From Octopus sinensis (taxonomy: Eukaryota), in NCBI RefSeq assembly GCF_006345805.1, contig NC_043022.1, positions 9,362,001-9,426,000 of the forward strand: a DNA stretch of 64,000 bases. Reading direction: 5' to 3'. Positions 52,137 through 64,000 of this stretch are shown in pieces. The position numbers and the translations under genes were made by a program. The number at the start of each line of letters is the position of its first letter. Position 1 is the first letter of the stretch. Under the pieces are notes generated by a model. That model saw only the letters and a program-made list of their open reading frames with translations. It ran no database searches and was not told the origin of the DNA.

Positions 52137-54289
52137 AGTTTAAGCAATAAACCTTTGATACTAACCTGCTGGAGACCATTCCTGGTCCTCTGACACAAAA
52201 TTCAGGTTTAAAATAGTCTAAATTAAAATCTTCATATTAGTTTAAGCTCCAAATTGGCACGCTGTCAGTTACAACAATGGTTCCAATTGATCTGATCAAT
52301 GGAATAACCTTCTCATCAAATTAACATGCAAGTGGTTGAGAACTCCACAGACGTGTACCCATAACCCTTTTGTGACCAACCTGGCTGAAACCGGCTCTGG
52401 TTCTGAGTACAAATGGCTTGTTTTCATAAGTTTTGAATTAAAATCTTCCACCAAACCTTAGTCACAATTTATGTTCCTAACACTAGCTTAATGATAACTA
52501 AGTTATTTTACTAAATTCTGTGTTATATTTTAAAATAATTGAAAGAAACACAGAGCATCTCAAAATAAATACAGTAACGAAAGGGTTAACATAGTTTTCA
52601 GGGAGATTCGGCATGACACAGAGTGTGACAAGGCTGGCCCCTTATTGATCTAAAGACATATGTCATATACATGGGCGCAGGAGTGGTTGTGAGGCAAGAA
52701 GCTTGTTTCCCAACCTCATGGTTCCAGGTTCATTCCCACTGTGTCTTCTACTATAGCCTCGGGCCAACGAAAACCTTGTGAGTAGATTAGGTAGACGGAA
52801 ACTGAAAGAAGCCCGTTGTATATGTATATATATGTGTGTATTCATGTGTCTATATTTGTCCCCCCCACCATCACTTGGCAACCAATGTCGGTGTCTTTAC
52901 TGCCCTGTGACTTAGCGGTTCGGCAAAAGAGACTGATAGAATAAGTACTAGGCTTACACAGAATAAGTCTTAGAGTCGATTTGTTTGACTAAAGGTGGTG
53001 CTCCAGCTTGGCCACAGTCAAATGACTGAAACAGGTAAAAGAATAAAAGCACTCTTGGAGAAAATATCAATTTAAGCAATAATCCTTTTGATACTAACCT
53101 TCCTGAGACCATCCCTGGTTCTGTGACATTAAATTCAGGTTTTAAAATAATCTGAATTAAAAGCTTCATTCAAAATGTCATATTTTAAGTTCCAAGGAAA
53201 CTAACTGGCACAGTCAGTTAGGACAACTTGGGTTCCAGTTGATCTGATCGATGGAACAGCCTGCTTGTGAAATTAACATGCAAGTGGCTGAGCACTCCAC
53301 AGACACATAGTTCTCAGGGAGATTCAGCATGACACAGAGTGTGACAAAGCTGGCCCTTTGAAATACAGGTACTATTCATTTTTGCCAGCTGAGTCTACTG
53401 GAGTGATGTAAAATAAAGTGTCTTGCTCAAGGAGACAACACGTCACTGAGGACTGAACTCTCAACCTTACAATTGTGAGCCAAATACCCTAACCATTAAA
53501 CCATGTACCTTCATATTTTTCATACTTAAATATTATTGGGAATTGTATGAAAAATGATAAAATATTTTGTGTATTACAGAGACAAGCAATTTATTGCAGA
53601 TAAATTTTAACGGTAAAATCTTATATGGACTCTCACGGTTGAGAACCACTCTGCTGGGCAGTTTGGTGTTAGGAAGGGCATCCAGCTGTAAAAACCATGC
53701 CAAAACTGACCTTGCCTGTGTTGATGCCACGTAAAAAACACAAGGTAAATCTGCAAGGCAAATGAAAGTACAGGGTACTTGTGGCTTTGAACTGCAGAGT
53801 GGTTGGTATTAGGAAGGGTATCCAGCTGTAAAAACCATTCCAAAACTGACCTCACTTGAGCTGATGTCACATAAAAATCACTAAGTCCACTCTGTGGAGT
53901 GGTTGGTGTAAGGAAGGGCATCCAGTTGTAAAAACTGTGCCAAAACAGACACAAAAGTCTGGTGCAGGCTCCTGTCTGGTCAGCACCTGTCAAACCATCC
54001 CACCCATGTCAGCATGGAAGGCAGACATTAAACAATGATGATGATGATGATTTTCATTTGTAGCATATGCATTAAGGAGTTACATTCTTTCCCCAGGGAC
54101 CCAAGTTCAGCCATACTTTGCTCCAAGCAGGTTGGTTCATATCTTGTAACTCCAATAAAAAAAAAAGATCTAAGATGAAACTGAAAGTGTATCTTGGGTA
54201 AAAAAAAAGTACAAAAGAAAGTACACAAAAGTAAAAGCTAAAAAATTAAAATAAAATAACAACAATGTATTTCTTATTTCAGAAACAAA

Positions 54290-54295
54290 TTTATT
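54290..54295 (-). terminator. Candidate XBP1 polyadenylation signal
   Basis: AATAAA on - strand followed by a T/GT-rich tract, ~1.9 kb past the XBP1s stop; other hexamers exist. Confidence 0.35.
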
Positions 54296-56155
54296 AAACA
54301 ACCTAGATTTAGGTTTTCAAACCTCATGATTATTTGAAGAAAACAGATTTTGGAGTTTTGCTTTTGTTTTACAATTGCAAAGAGTATGACATGGAATTAT
54401 AAAATCATTTTTCATATGAATAACAATGTTATTTACAGTGACTCAGTTGAAAACAGTGCTCTTGGATATAAGAATATTCTAGAAATAATACTATTGACAG
54501 CTATTTTACATTAGATATGAAAGAAGTATTTTGATAGAAGGGGAAAAAAAACAAGACAAACTTTTGATAAATAAACCGTAATAAAATAAATATATTTTTA
54601 AATCATAAGAGCTAAATATATGAAACGAATTATGATATCGAGATGACTATAAAAAAATAAATCATATTTTCATAATATACATAAACATATAGACAGATAG
54701 ATAGACAGACATACATCTATATCTGTTCCGGAACCTTTTATCATTTGAGGTACATGTATATTCTTTTCAAAATTCAGTGGCACACCTGAACTAAAAATGT
54801 AACTAAATGTATAGGGGAAAAAATTATATTCAGGTTACACTCCGACACTCCTAGCATCGTCTCATGACACACCAGTGTGTGTTGCAGCACAACACCTGCA
54901 GAGCACTGATCTATCTATCTATATATATATATGATATAAGCCCATGAAATTGAAGGCCATTTTTGCTGTAAAGTAATTTCTACTTTTCGCACAAGTCTAG
55001 AGATAGGGGAAGGGTGGAAGGGGCAATGAAAGGAAAACCTGATTGTATCAGTTTCCAAGGACTTGAGTATCTTATTTTATTGACCATGGACAGGATTGGA
55101 ACTCAGAACATAACTGGAGACATAACTAAATACTGCAAAGCATTTGTCAAGGCCACGCTATGGATTCTACCAATCTGTCTCAAGTAACAAGAAAAAGTAA
55201 AAATAGAAACAAAAACAGTACCACTAATGTCAAGGAATGTAAGATGAAAGGGAAACGGACTCCATCTTGAACTAAAGAGACAAATATATATATATATATA
55301 TATTGATATATGTGCATTGATATGGCTGTAGTGATATGCTAAGTTTAATTTTTTAACCTAAGTATTAAATGTAAACTTTCAATGATAGTGATTAGAGAAG
55401 GTGCAAGAGGTAAGAAGAAATAATAGAAAAGGAAAAACAAAATGAATAAATGTAAAGGAGGTTATAAAGAGGTCAAATTATATTTGCTCTTTTGTGTGAG
55501 TGTGAGAAAATTTGAAATTACTCTCATAGGATATATCTAAATTCCAGAAATTGTTGATGTCAGACGAGTTTTTGAGATTTTAGCTTAATATTTTAACTAC
55601 TTGACTACTTCAACTACCGAGAATGTCATGGTGGAAGTGATGGTGGTGACTGCTGAAAGGCATAGGGCTACAGTGAGAACCACTTGCACCCCCATGTATG
55701 TAAAATAAGAGACTCATCTCATTCCAAACAATGCACCAGGATGCTGCAAGTCTTAGGAAATGAAGAGATAGGCTGATTGCATCAAAAGGCCAAGCTTCAA
55801 TAATTTATGATACAGCTTTGTGAATACGAGATAGTTCTAAACATGATTAGGTCAGTAATAACTTCACTAAGTCTTAGTACTTGGTGTAAAGTAGTATCTA
55901 AGATGATGCTTAACAACTTAACAGAGAAGTGGTTAGCAAAAGATAAGCTGACTGCCTCAGTTGGCTAAGCTATTAGTACAGCTTAATCAGCACTAGATGT
56001 GATTAAGTAATTAATATCGCTCAGTTCTGCTTCAGCTTTAGTTCTTGGAGAACACAGCTCAAAGGGGAACCGGTCAGAATAATTCAGCCACTCACAAGCA
56101 ATGGCTCAATCAAAAGGAAAAGATGGAAAGAAGAGAGAGAAAGAGATATCACCGC

Positions 56156-57010
56156 TCAAACGAGACAAGGAAATATCTCTGGCAACAAGCAGTCATCCAT
56201 GGGATCCATGTCATTAAAAGGGATTGTCATCAACTGATCCTGGTAAGGGGACCCAGGATTGCTAGGCTCACTATTTATACCAGAGTCACTGGCAGAGTCA
56301 CTGAATTGATCCATATAAGTTGTTTCCATGGGAATTTTCATTTCGCTTTCTGTAGAGTCACAGGATTTCCTCAGTTTTGTATCAAGCATAAGGGAGGTGA
56401 TGGGGTTGTTTTCTTCAGCGAGATCAGAAGTATCAAGATGCTCTAAATCTGCCAGTTGTAGAATATCATATGTTTCTTTGCCTTCTCGGCTGCCAACCGA
56501 CTCTTGCAGGATATCTTGCAGCAAAGCCAGGGGGTCAAAATCATAACTACCATCATCGCTGTCGCTGCTGCTGTTGTCGTTATCAACACAGTTGTCAGTG
56601 ATGTCATCAATGTCTTTGATATCATCATATTCTTGTGTAGCAATGTTAGAAATGTCAGGAACAACTACATTGGAGCTGACTGTTGGCACTATTGTTTCCT
56701 CATCTACAAACACACCTTCATCAGCAGCATCACATGGCAAGATATCACAGACTTCCATCAGGGACTTTGGTCCACTGTCAGAAGCTGGAGACAGAGACGG
56801 GGAAGGCTTGACATAGAAATGCTCAGATTTTATAAGTTCATTGAGGGAGTCCAGTTGTGTTGTTGCGGTCCCCACCATGGAATTGGAATCCTCTTTTGCG
56901 AGAAGCTCAGCAGCTCCAAAACACGAAGAATCTGTAACTGATTGTGAAGAGATTGGGTTTTTAGATTCTGAATTGCAGACTTCATCCAGAAATTTCCACA
57001 ACTTGCTAGG
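56156..57010 (-). CDS. XBP1: XBP1 last exon, spliced-form (XBP1s) transactivation domain
   Basis: Poly-T TTCCAG acceptor; acidic frame with DSLNELIKSEHFYVKP (human EAINELIRFDHIYTKP) and terminal EIFPCLV* (human ELFPQLISV); in frame only after removal of the 20-nt IRE1 intron. Confidence 0.93.
   Translation of the reverse strand, partial: PSKLWKFLDEVCNSESKNPISSQSVTDSSCFGAAELLAKEDSNSMVGTATTQLDSLNELIKSEHFYVKPSPSLSPASDSGPKSLMEVCDILPCDAADEGVFVDEETIVPTVSSNVVVPDISNIATQEYDDIKDIDDITDNCVDNDNSSSDSDDGSYDFDPLALLQDILQESVGSREGKETYDILQLADLEHLDTSDLAEENNPITSLMLDTKLRKSCDSTESEMKIPMETTYMDQFSDSASDSGINSEPSNPGSPYQDQLMTIPFNDMDPMDDCLLPEIFPCLV
56830..57010 (-). CDS. XBP1: XBP1 last exon, unspliced-form (XBP1u) overlapping frame
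   Basis: AA|C junction gives NLASCGNFW...IPWWGPQQHNWTPSMNL*, matching the human HR2 end (SLISCWAFW) and pausing peptide (QWGRHQPSWKPLMN). Confidence 0.88.
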
Positions 57011-58720
57011 CTGGAAAAAAAAAGAAGAAAAATAACAATTAAACTTAGCCAAAAGATCGTTATCAGGTTATTATAGACTGTTTTAGAAATCGAAAAATAA
57101 ACAATCACAACATCAAAATCTCTAAGCATGATCAATCTAAGACAATAAGAGACATTACATTTGACAGAGTAATCAGATTGCTAAAGGGTTAATCAAGTCT
57201 TTGGAGTCTACAAAACATATCAACCCACATCAAGTGTTTAACTCACTAAAAAACATTTTTTTGCCATCATATTGAGGTCTCTTTTCTCCATGCTGGCAGG
57301 AGTTGGACAAAAACTTATTTTCAAGTAGAGTATTTTATCTCTTTTGCATTCGGATAACTCACTCAAACGTAATGCTTATTCATTCTTTAATCACATTATT
57401 TTGAATTAATCATGCATTATCTTGTATCTAAGAGATTTTCATTATGTCATTGCTTATATTTAGAATGACACTGCAGGATAGGTGTGAGAGGCCAGATCTG
57501 ACCTCTCTGAACACAAAACTGGCAGAATATTTAGGCTGGACACGGCCAGTTTAACCCTTTTGCATTTAAAATGGCCACATCCGGCCCAAATATTTTACCT
57601 GTAATATGTCCCCTACCACCACGTGGCAAACAGTGTTGGTGTGTTTACATCCCTGTAACTTAGCAGTTCAGCAAAAGAGCTTGACAGAGTAAGTACTAGG
57701 CACAAAAAAATAAATCTTGGGGTCAATTCAAGGCGGTGCCCCAGCATGGCCACAGTCAAATGACTGAAATAAGTAAAGGATGAAAGATAAAAGAAATACT
57801 GGAGTTGATTTCTTTGATTAAAACCTTTCAAAGCAGTGCCCCAGCATGGCCACAGTCCAGTATTTAAACTTGCCATATCCAACCTGCTTTTTTGTTCAAA
57901 CTGGCTACATCAGGCTTCTCACACCTACCCCACAATGTCACTCTAAAAATAATGACATTGAAATCTTGAAGCTATGAGATAATGCATGGTAAATTCAGCC
58001 AAGTGAAACTCTAGTTGTGGCCGATGATGGTATCCTGTAACTGTCACCTGTGCTGATGGCACGTAAAAAACACCTTTTGAGCATTGGGCCTCACAACGAC
58101 AATGTGGCCAATGCCGGTGGCACATAAAAAGCACTTTTAGAGCGTTGGGCCTCACGGACGCATGTGGTTGATGCCGGTGGCACGTAAAATGCACCTTTTG
58201 AGTGTGGGTCTCACGGAGGCATGTGGCTGATGCCGGTGGCACATAAAAAGCACTTTTAGAGCGTTGGGCCTCACGGACGCATGTGGTTGATCCCAGTGGC
58301 ACGTAAAAAGCACCTTTCAAGTGTTGGGCCTCACAAGGGCAATGACAAATGATAAAGACCTTTGGTTATATACCGTGATGGAGAAGACCCATCAAGCCAA
58401 GTGAAATTGTAGTCATGGTAGATACTGGTGTCATGCAACTGGCCCCTGTGCTGATGGGACATAAAAGCATCAATTACACTCTCAGAGTGGTTGGTGTTAG
58501 GAAGGGCATCCAGCTGTAGAAACCCTGCCAGATCAGACTGGAGGCTGGTGGTGCAGTCCATCAGCTTACCAGCCCTGGTCAAACTGTCTAACCCATGCCA
58601 GCATGGAAAACGGACGTTAAATGATGATGATGTGAATAAATAAGCATTACATTTGACAGAGTAATTTGAATGCTTAAGGGCTAAAGATTAAAAAGACAAA
58701 AGACGAAAGATTAAACTTAC

Positions 58721-59218
58721 TTCATCATTACTGCCAAAAAGCTGCAACGTATCATCAAGTGAAACAGCATCAAAATGTGTTTCTGCGGCAGAGAAACAAT
58801 TGGTGCTGCGGACCGTAGGCATTTTGATTCTGTCTTCACTGGCGATGATAAGCTTTCACTCTTGCAGAGACTACTGTTAGCAATGCTGTTGTTGTTGTTG
58901 CTGCTGTAGTTAGATGTGCTGGATGATAATGATGATGATGATGATAATGGTGATGATGTGGATGTTGTTCTTGACGATGTTGTCGTAGTTGTTGCTGTGG
59001 ACAAGTGGTCGCATTCTCCGTTATTTAACTGGCCCAACCTCTCGCGGAGCTCAGCATTCTCGCAGATCAGTGTCTTGGTCTTTTTCTGTAGCATCTGGTT
59101 CTGCTGAAGCAATTTTTTGTTTTCAGTCTGTAGTTTATCGATGGCTATTTCCATGTCAGACATCTGTGCTTTCTTCCGATCACGGGCTGTTTGGGCTGCA
59201 ACTCTGTTCTTTAATTTC
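58721..59218 (-). CDS. XBP1: XBP1 bZIP exon containing the IRE1 splice site
   Basis: TTTTAG acceptor at 59220-59219, GTAAGT donor at 58720; (R)KLKNRVAAQTARDRKKAQM basic region and leucine zipper (human KLKNRVAAQTARDRKKARM). Exon 1 not found within the window. Confidence 0.96.
58789..58808 (-). other. XBP1: 20-nt unconventional (IRE1/RtcB) intron
   Basis: CCG^CAGC and CTG^CCGC 7-nt loops (CNG^CNGN) on stems GGT/ACC and TGTTTCT/AGAAACA; removing CAGCACCAATTGTTTCTCTG shifts into the XBP1s frame. Confidence 0.93.
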
Positions 59219-59301
59219 CTAAAAGATAAAAATATTAATTAGAAATATTGAATTTCTAAGCGTCTCAAAGAGACATGAGTGGTGGTGGAGCGATAGAGTG
59301 G

Positions 59302-59593
59302 TTGTATAATGTCAACATAACGTGACAGTCCCGTAAAGGGAATTACAGCACCGCTGTTTAGCCCTAGGAAGCATTGACACTTCCTGTCGGCTTTGACACA
59401 TTTCCTGTATCCTTATATTTGCAAAAGGGGGCCAAGCTAGTCTAGCTGGTGAGGGTGCTTGCGTCCCCCTTTGCAAATATAAGGACACAGGAAATGTGTC
59501 AAAGCTGACAGGAAGCGTTGATGCTTCCTAGGGCTATATAGCGGTGGGGTGATTCCCTTTATGGGACTGTCACGTTAAGTTGACAATATACAA
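59302..59593. repeat. Long inverted repeat (foldback MITE-like), ~135-bp arms
   Basis: For example GACACATTTCCTGTATCCTTATATTTGCAA / TTGCAAATATAAGGACACAGGAAATGTGTC; short central loop near 59438-59456. Confidence 0.9.
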
Positions 59594-59722
59594 AAATATT
59601 AATATTTAAAATATAATAACAATACTTTCATATTTTTCCACAAGGGCAGCAATTTTGGAGAACAGGATAAGTTGATTACATCAACCTCAGTGTTTCACTG
59701 ATACTTGACTGACATTTAACTC

Positions 59723-60104
59723 GGATCTTTTCGGTTTGACCGGCAGTTTTTTAAAATAATTTCCACGTAACTAAACACTTTTAAACTTCGCATACTGGCT
59801 TTATTGAGAAAACTCTATGGTTTGTAAGATATTTGTTGTTTTTTTTCTTCAATTTCTGCAATTTCAACCACTCAATGACGTCTATTGAGGTGAAAACATT
59901 CTGTGCCGTATGAATATGTCCGTCGTTTAAGAAACAGATTGGGTTTATTTACATTTCTGAAGAAAAAAAGATACCCTTCCCCTACCCCTAACCCTAACCC
60001 TAAAACAGATTGAAATGCAATAGATCGATACTAGGGTCATAATTATGGGTGACAATTTCATATGACACCGCTATAAAAAACTGCCATTCAAACTGAAAAG
60101 ATCC
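59723..60104. mobile_element. 8-bp-TSD MITE, copy 3 (opposite orientation)
   Basis: Same TIRs; perfect TSD TTTAACTC at 59715-59722 and 60105-60112. Confidence 0.9.
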
Positions 60105-60815
60105 TTTAACTCTTAAAAGTAGATAGTTTTTATTCATTTTAATTAAAGAATTTGGAACCCACATATTCTTTTCCATGTGTATATACCTATGTAGGTGTGT
60201 TTGTGTATGCTTATGTATACACACACACATAAAAGCACTGGTGATGGTGCTATGTAAAAAGCACCCAGTACACTCTGTAAAGTAATCGGCATTAGGAAGG
60301 ACATCCAGCCATAGAAACCAAGTCAAAACGGATTATGGAACCTGATGCAGCCACCTGACCTTGCCAGTGTCTTTCAAGCCGTCCAACCCATGCCAGCACG
60401 GAAAACGGATGTTAAATGATGATGGTAATTATTATCATGAATATTATTATCACAAGATGCCAAAGTGCATGAGTATCAAACCCTCTGAAGTTACCTATCG
60501 TAATTCTTTGAACCAACCATCATGAAAGTTGATGCTGGTCAGGATATATATATAAATATATCACGCGATCACATGACCGACCAGACCATCAGATGTTTTA
60601 CACATCGCTGGTCACAATGTGTTCGCATTGTTTTAGCTTTTGAATGGCGCCACCCCGCTGGCTAAGTGAGCAGGCCAACAGAAGAGTGAGAGAAAGAGTG
60701 GTGAAAGAGTACAGCAGGGATCACCACCTCCTGTGGAGCTTTTAGGTGTTTCCGCTCAATAAACACTCATAACGCCCGGTCTGGGAATCGAAACCGCGAT
60801 CCTACGATCCTCCAC

Positions 60816-60861
<46 letters not shown>

Positions 60862-60972
60862 AAACACACAGATACACACACACACAAGAACACACATTAC
60901 ATATACAAGGTGCCAAAGTGCATTAGAACCAACCATCACAAAAGTTGACATTAGTCAGGAGACACACACACA

Positions 60973-61034
<62 letters not shown>

Positions 61035-61053
61035 TAAATATATATATATAAAT

Positions 61054-61090
<37 letters not shown>

Positions 61091-62328
61091 ATATATATAT
61101 AAATATATATATATATTGAATAAAAATAAACAGATCACTGTAAAAGGGTGGAATAAATAGCTTGGCTGTCTTAACTGACCAAAGTATAGACCTATGTTTA
61201 TTATTTTTATCAGGTTGAAATAATATAAAGAAGATAATTGATGAAGAAGACCAATCGATAGTGGTTTTTATCCTCTGGGTGAGCTAGTTTGTTTTGAGCG
61301 AGTTAAATTTAGCAAGTTACTTGAGGTTTCTGTTTTGAATAGGAGTGAGAGAGTGTTGGAGTGAAGATGAGAGACAGGAAAACTGTGTTTGAGTGGATGT
61401 GATAAAGAGAGGGTGAAAGAGAGTGTACTGGAGTGAGGTTTAGAGGGGTGGTGGGAGAAAGTGTGTATGAGAGGCAAACAGTGGGAGAGAGAGAAAAAAG
61501 AATGTATGTGTAATAGAAAGGATCGAGAAGAATGCGTGATAGAAATGAGAGAAAGAAAGACAGAATGATGGACGAAACAGAGAAAGAGAGAGGAAGAAAG
61601 GAATAAGGAGAGAGAGAGAGAGAGAAAGGGGTGAAAAGAAAGGGCAAGTGAAGAAGAAAATGTGCAACAGAAATAGAATTTGAGCGAGGAGTAAGGGAAA
61701 GAAAGACAAAAATGAAGCATGAAAGAGAGAGGGAGATGTAGAAGGAAAGGGTAAAAGAAAATATGGGAGGAAGGGAGAGAAATCGAGAGAAAACAGATGA
61801 GAGAGAAAGAAGAAGGTTGCGTGAGAGAAAACAAGAAGAGACAGGTGGGAAGAAAAACATGAGAAAGAGAGAAAACTCAAGAGAGATGGGAAGAGACTAC
61901 TCTGACCAGCTGCAAAAACCAGTAGAAGCTTGATAAGTGCACACATTTCTGCCTCTCTTAGACAACAAAGACTTGTTCACATAGATTTTATGGCGATGAC
62001 CTAGATTCAAGATCATTGACCTTTCCTAAAATAAGTTCTTTGAACATCTTCCAATATGCATTCTGGGATAAACAAACGTTAATATAGAGAGAAAGGGGAT
62101 CGTATTATAAATGGAAAGCAACAGAGACCTGTTGTAAAAAAAAAAAAAAAGGCGCAGGAGTGGTTGTGTGGTAAGTAGCTTGCTAACCAGCCACATGGTT
62201 CTGGGTTCAGTCTCACTGTGTGGCATCTTGGGCAAGTGTCAAGTGTCTTCTGCTATAGCCTCGGGCCGACCAAAGCCTTGTGAGTGGATTTGGTAGACGG
62301 AAACTGAAAGAAGCCTGTCGTATATATG

Positions 62329-62361
<33 letters not shown>

Positions 62362-62784
62362 ATATGTTTGTGTGTCTGTGTTTGTTCCTCTAGCATTGCT
62401 TGACAACCAATGCTGATGTGTTTACGTCCCCGTTACTTAACGGTTCGGCAAAAGAGACTGATAGAATAAGTACTGGGCTTACAAAGAATAAGTCCCAGGG
62501 TTGATTTGCTTGACTAAAGGCGGTGCTCCAGCATGGCTGCAGTCAAATGACTGAAACATGTAAAAGAGTAAAAAGAGAGAGAGTATCCATCACTTAACAT
62601 CTGTCTTCCATATTAATTTCAAATTTTTCAGCACAAGGCCAGCAATTTTGAAGAAGGGGATAAGTCGATTACATCAACTCCAATACTTAACTTCAAATGC
62701 CGACCTTGGCAGCATTTGAACTCAGAACGTAAAGACGGATGAAATGTTGCTAAGCATTTTGCCTGAAGTTCCAAGTGTTATGCA

Positions 62785-63230
62785 TATAAAATTTCCTGCA
62801 ACTGTCATGGTTTTAAGGGTTACCAACAATGAAGAACTTGTGATGCCTCCTTACTTCTTTCCACAGAGTTAACTCTGTCACCTACATTGAGGTCCTGGAA
62901 ACAATTGTTAAGCCCTGGATAGACAGTGTATGCAATGGAAGGCTATATGTGTTTCAGTAAGACTCTACACTATCACACATGGCTCTAGTAACACAGGAAT
63001 GAATGGCTGAAAATTTTCCTGATCACATAACCCCTAACGTTTGGCCTCCTAATTCCCCAAATCTCAATCCATTGGACTGTTACATGTGGAGCATTGTTGA
63101 GAGGTCAATGAACAAAGATTCTTTGAAAGCTGCCACAATCAGAGTAATGTCCAAAATGAACCAGGACCACTTGATTCAAGCATGTAGATGATTTTGATCT
63201 CATATAGAAGCAGTTGTTGAAGCTATCCTC
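62785..63230 (+). mobile_element. Decayed Tc1/mariner (maT-like) transposase C-terminal fragment
   Basis: KFPATVMV...VMPPYFF...IVKPWI...WPPNSPNLNPLDCYMWSIVE; internal stops. Confidence 0.8.
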
Positions 63231-63547
63231 ATAGCATTTTTTGATACATAAAGTACTTATCTGTTATTATATATGTTTTTTATAAAAATTATTGTCCCCA
63301 AATATCTTATGCACCCTCTCCCTCTATATATATATATATATGTATGTATATATTCTTTTATTCCTTTACTTGTTTCAGTCATCTGACTGTGGCCATGCTG
63401 GAGCACCACTTTTAGTTGAACGAATTGATCCCAGGACTTTTCTTTGTAAGCTTAGTACTTATTCTATTGGTGTCTGTGGCCGAACTGCTAAGTTACAGGG
63501 ATATAAACACACCAATATCGGTTGTCAATTGCTGGTGGGAGGAACAA

Positions 63548-63652
<105 letters not shown>

Positions 63653-64000
63653 GCATGGGAGTGGCTGTGTGGTAAGAAGCTTGCTTACCAACCACATGGT
63701 CCGGGTTCAGTCCCACTGCATGGCACCTTGAGCAAGTGTCTCCTCCTATAGCCATGAGGTGATGAAAGCCTTGTGAGCGGATTTGATAGACAGAAACTGA
63801 AAGAATCCCGATGTATATATATAATATATATATATATGTATGTATGTATGTATGTGTTTGTCTCCCCACCATCGCTTGACAACCGACGTTGGTGTGTTTA
63901 CGTCCCTGTAACTTAGCAGTTTGGCAAAAGAGACCGATAGCATAAGTACTAGGCTTACAAAGAATAAGTCCTGGGGTCTATTTGCTCGAGTGAAGGCGGT

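Noticed and set aside
56045-56941. + strand ORFs of 133 and 145 aa
   Set aside because: Antisense shadows of the XBP1 last exon.
57011-57052. ORF-track start MAKFNCYFSSFFFQ of the 298-aa ORF
   Set aside because: Intronic polypyrimidine tract; the exon begins at 57010.
58035-58335. Five ~60-bp periodic units resembling a CRISPR array (also 41730-41935)
   Set aside because: The inter-repeat segments are near-identical rather than unique spacers, no cas genes are present, and the units are internal to a dispersed eukaryotic SINE-like family.
62151-62225. tRNA-like sequences with A and B boxes
   Set aside because: SINE heads continuing into SINE bodies; no complete cloverleaf, so no tRNA gene is called.

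Overview
Repeat-rich eukaryotic DNA whose SINE families and (TA)n/(CA)n microsatellites look like those of an octopus (coleoid cephalopod); the taxon is inferred. Two convergent multi-exon genes are supported, each missing its first exon. On + is a PP2C phosphatase of the PPM1E/PPM1F type (six coding exons, 3917-35041, splice phases consistent, long C-terminal tail). On - is XBP1 (exons 58721-59218 and 56156-57010). Its regulatory architecture is readable from sequence: a 20-nt IRE1 intron (58789-58808) on a long basal stem, overlapping XBP1u/XBP1s frames, a hydrophobic HR2 segment and a C-terminal ribosome-pausing-like peptide. The PPM1E/F introns also hold about nine minimal hammerhead-ribozyme motifs of the Penelope-associated type. 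One (26751-26841) looks intact; the best-preserved ones are antisense to the host gene and the sense copies have broken cores. The rest is tRNA-derived SINEs, RTE and CR1 LINE ends, mariner/maT, piggyBac-like, Tigger-like and 8-bp-TSD MITEs, Helitron-like elements, long inverted repeats and simple repeats. All pairings and homologies were read by eye or from memory, not computed.
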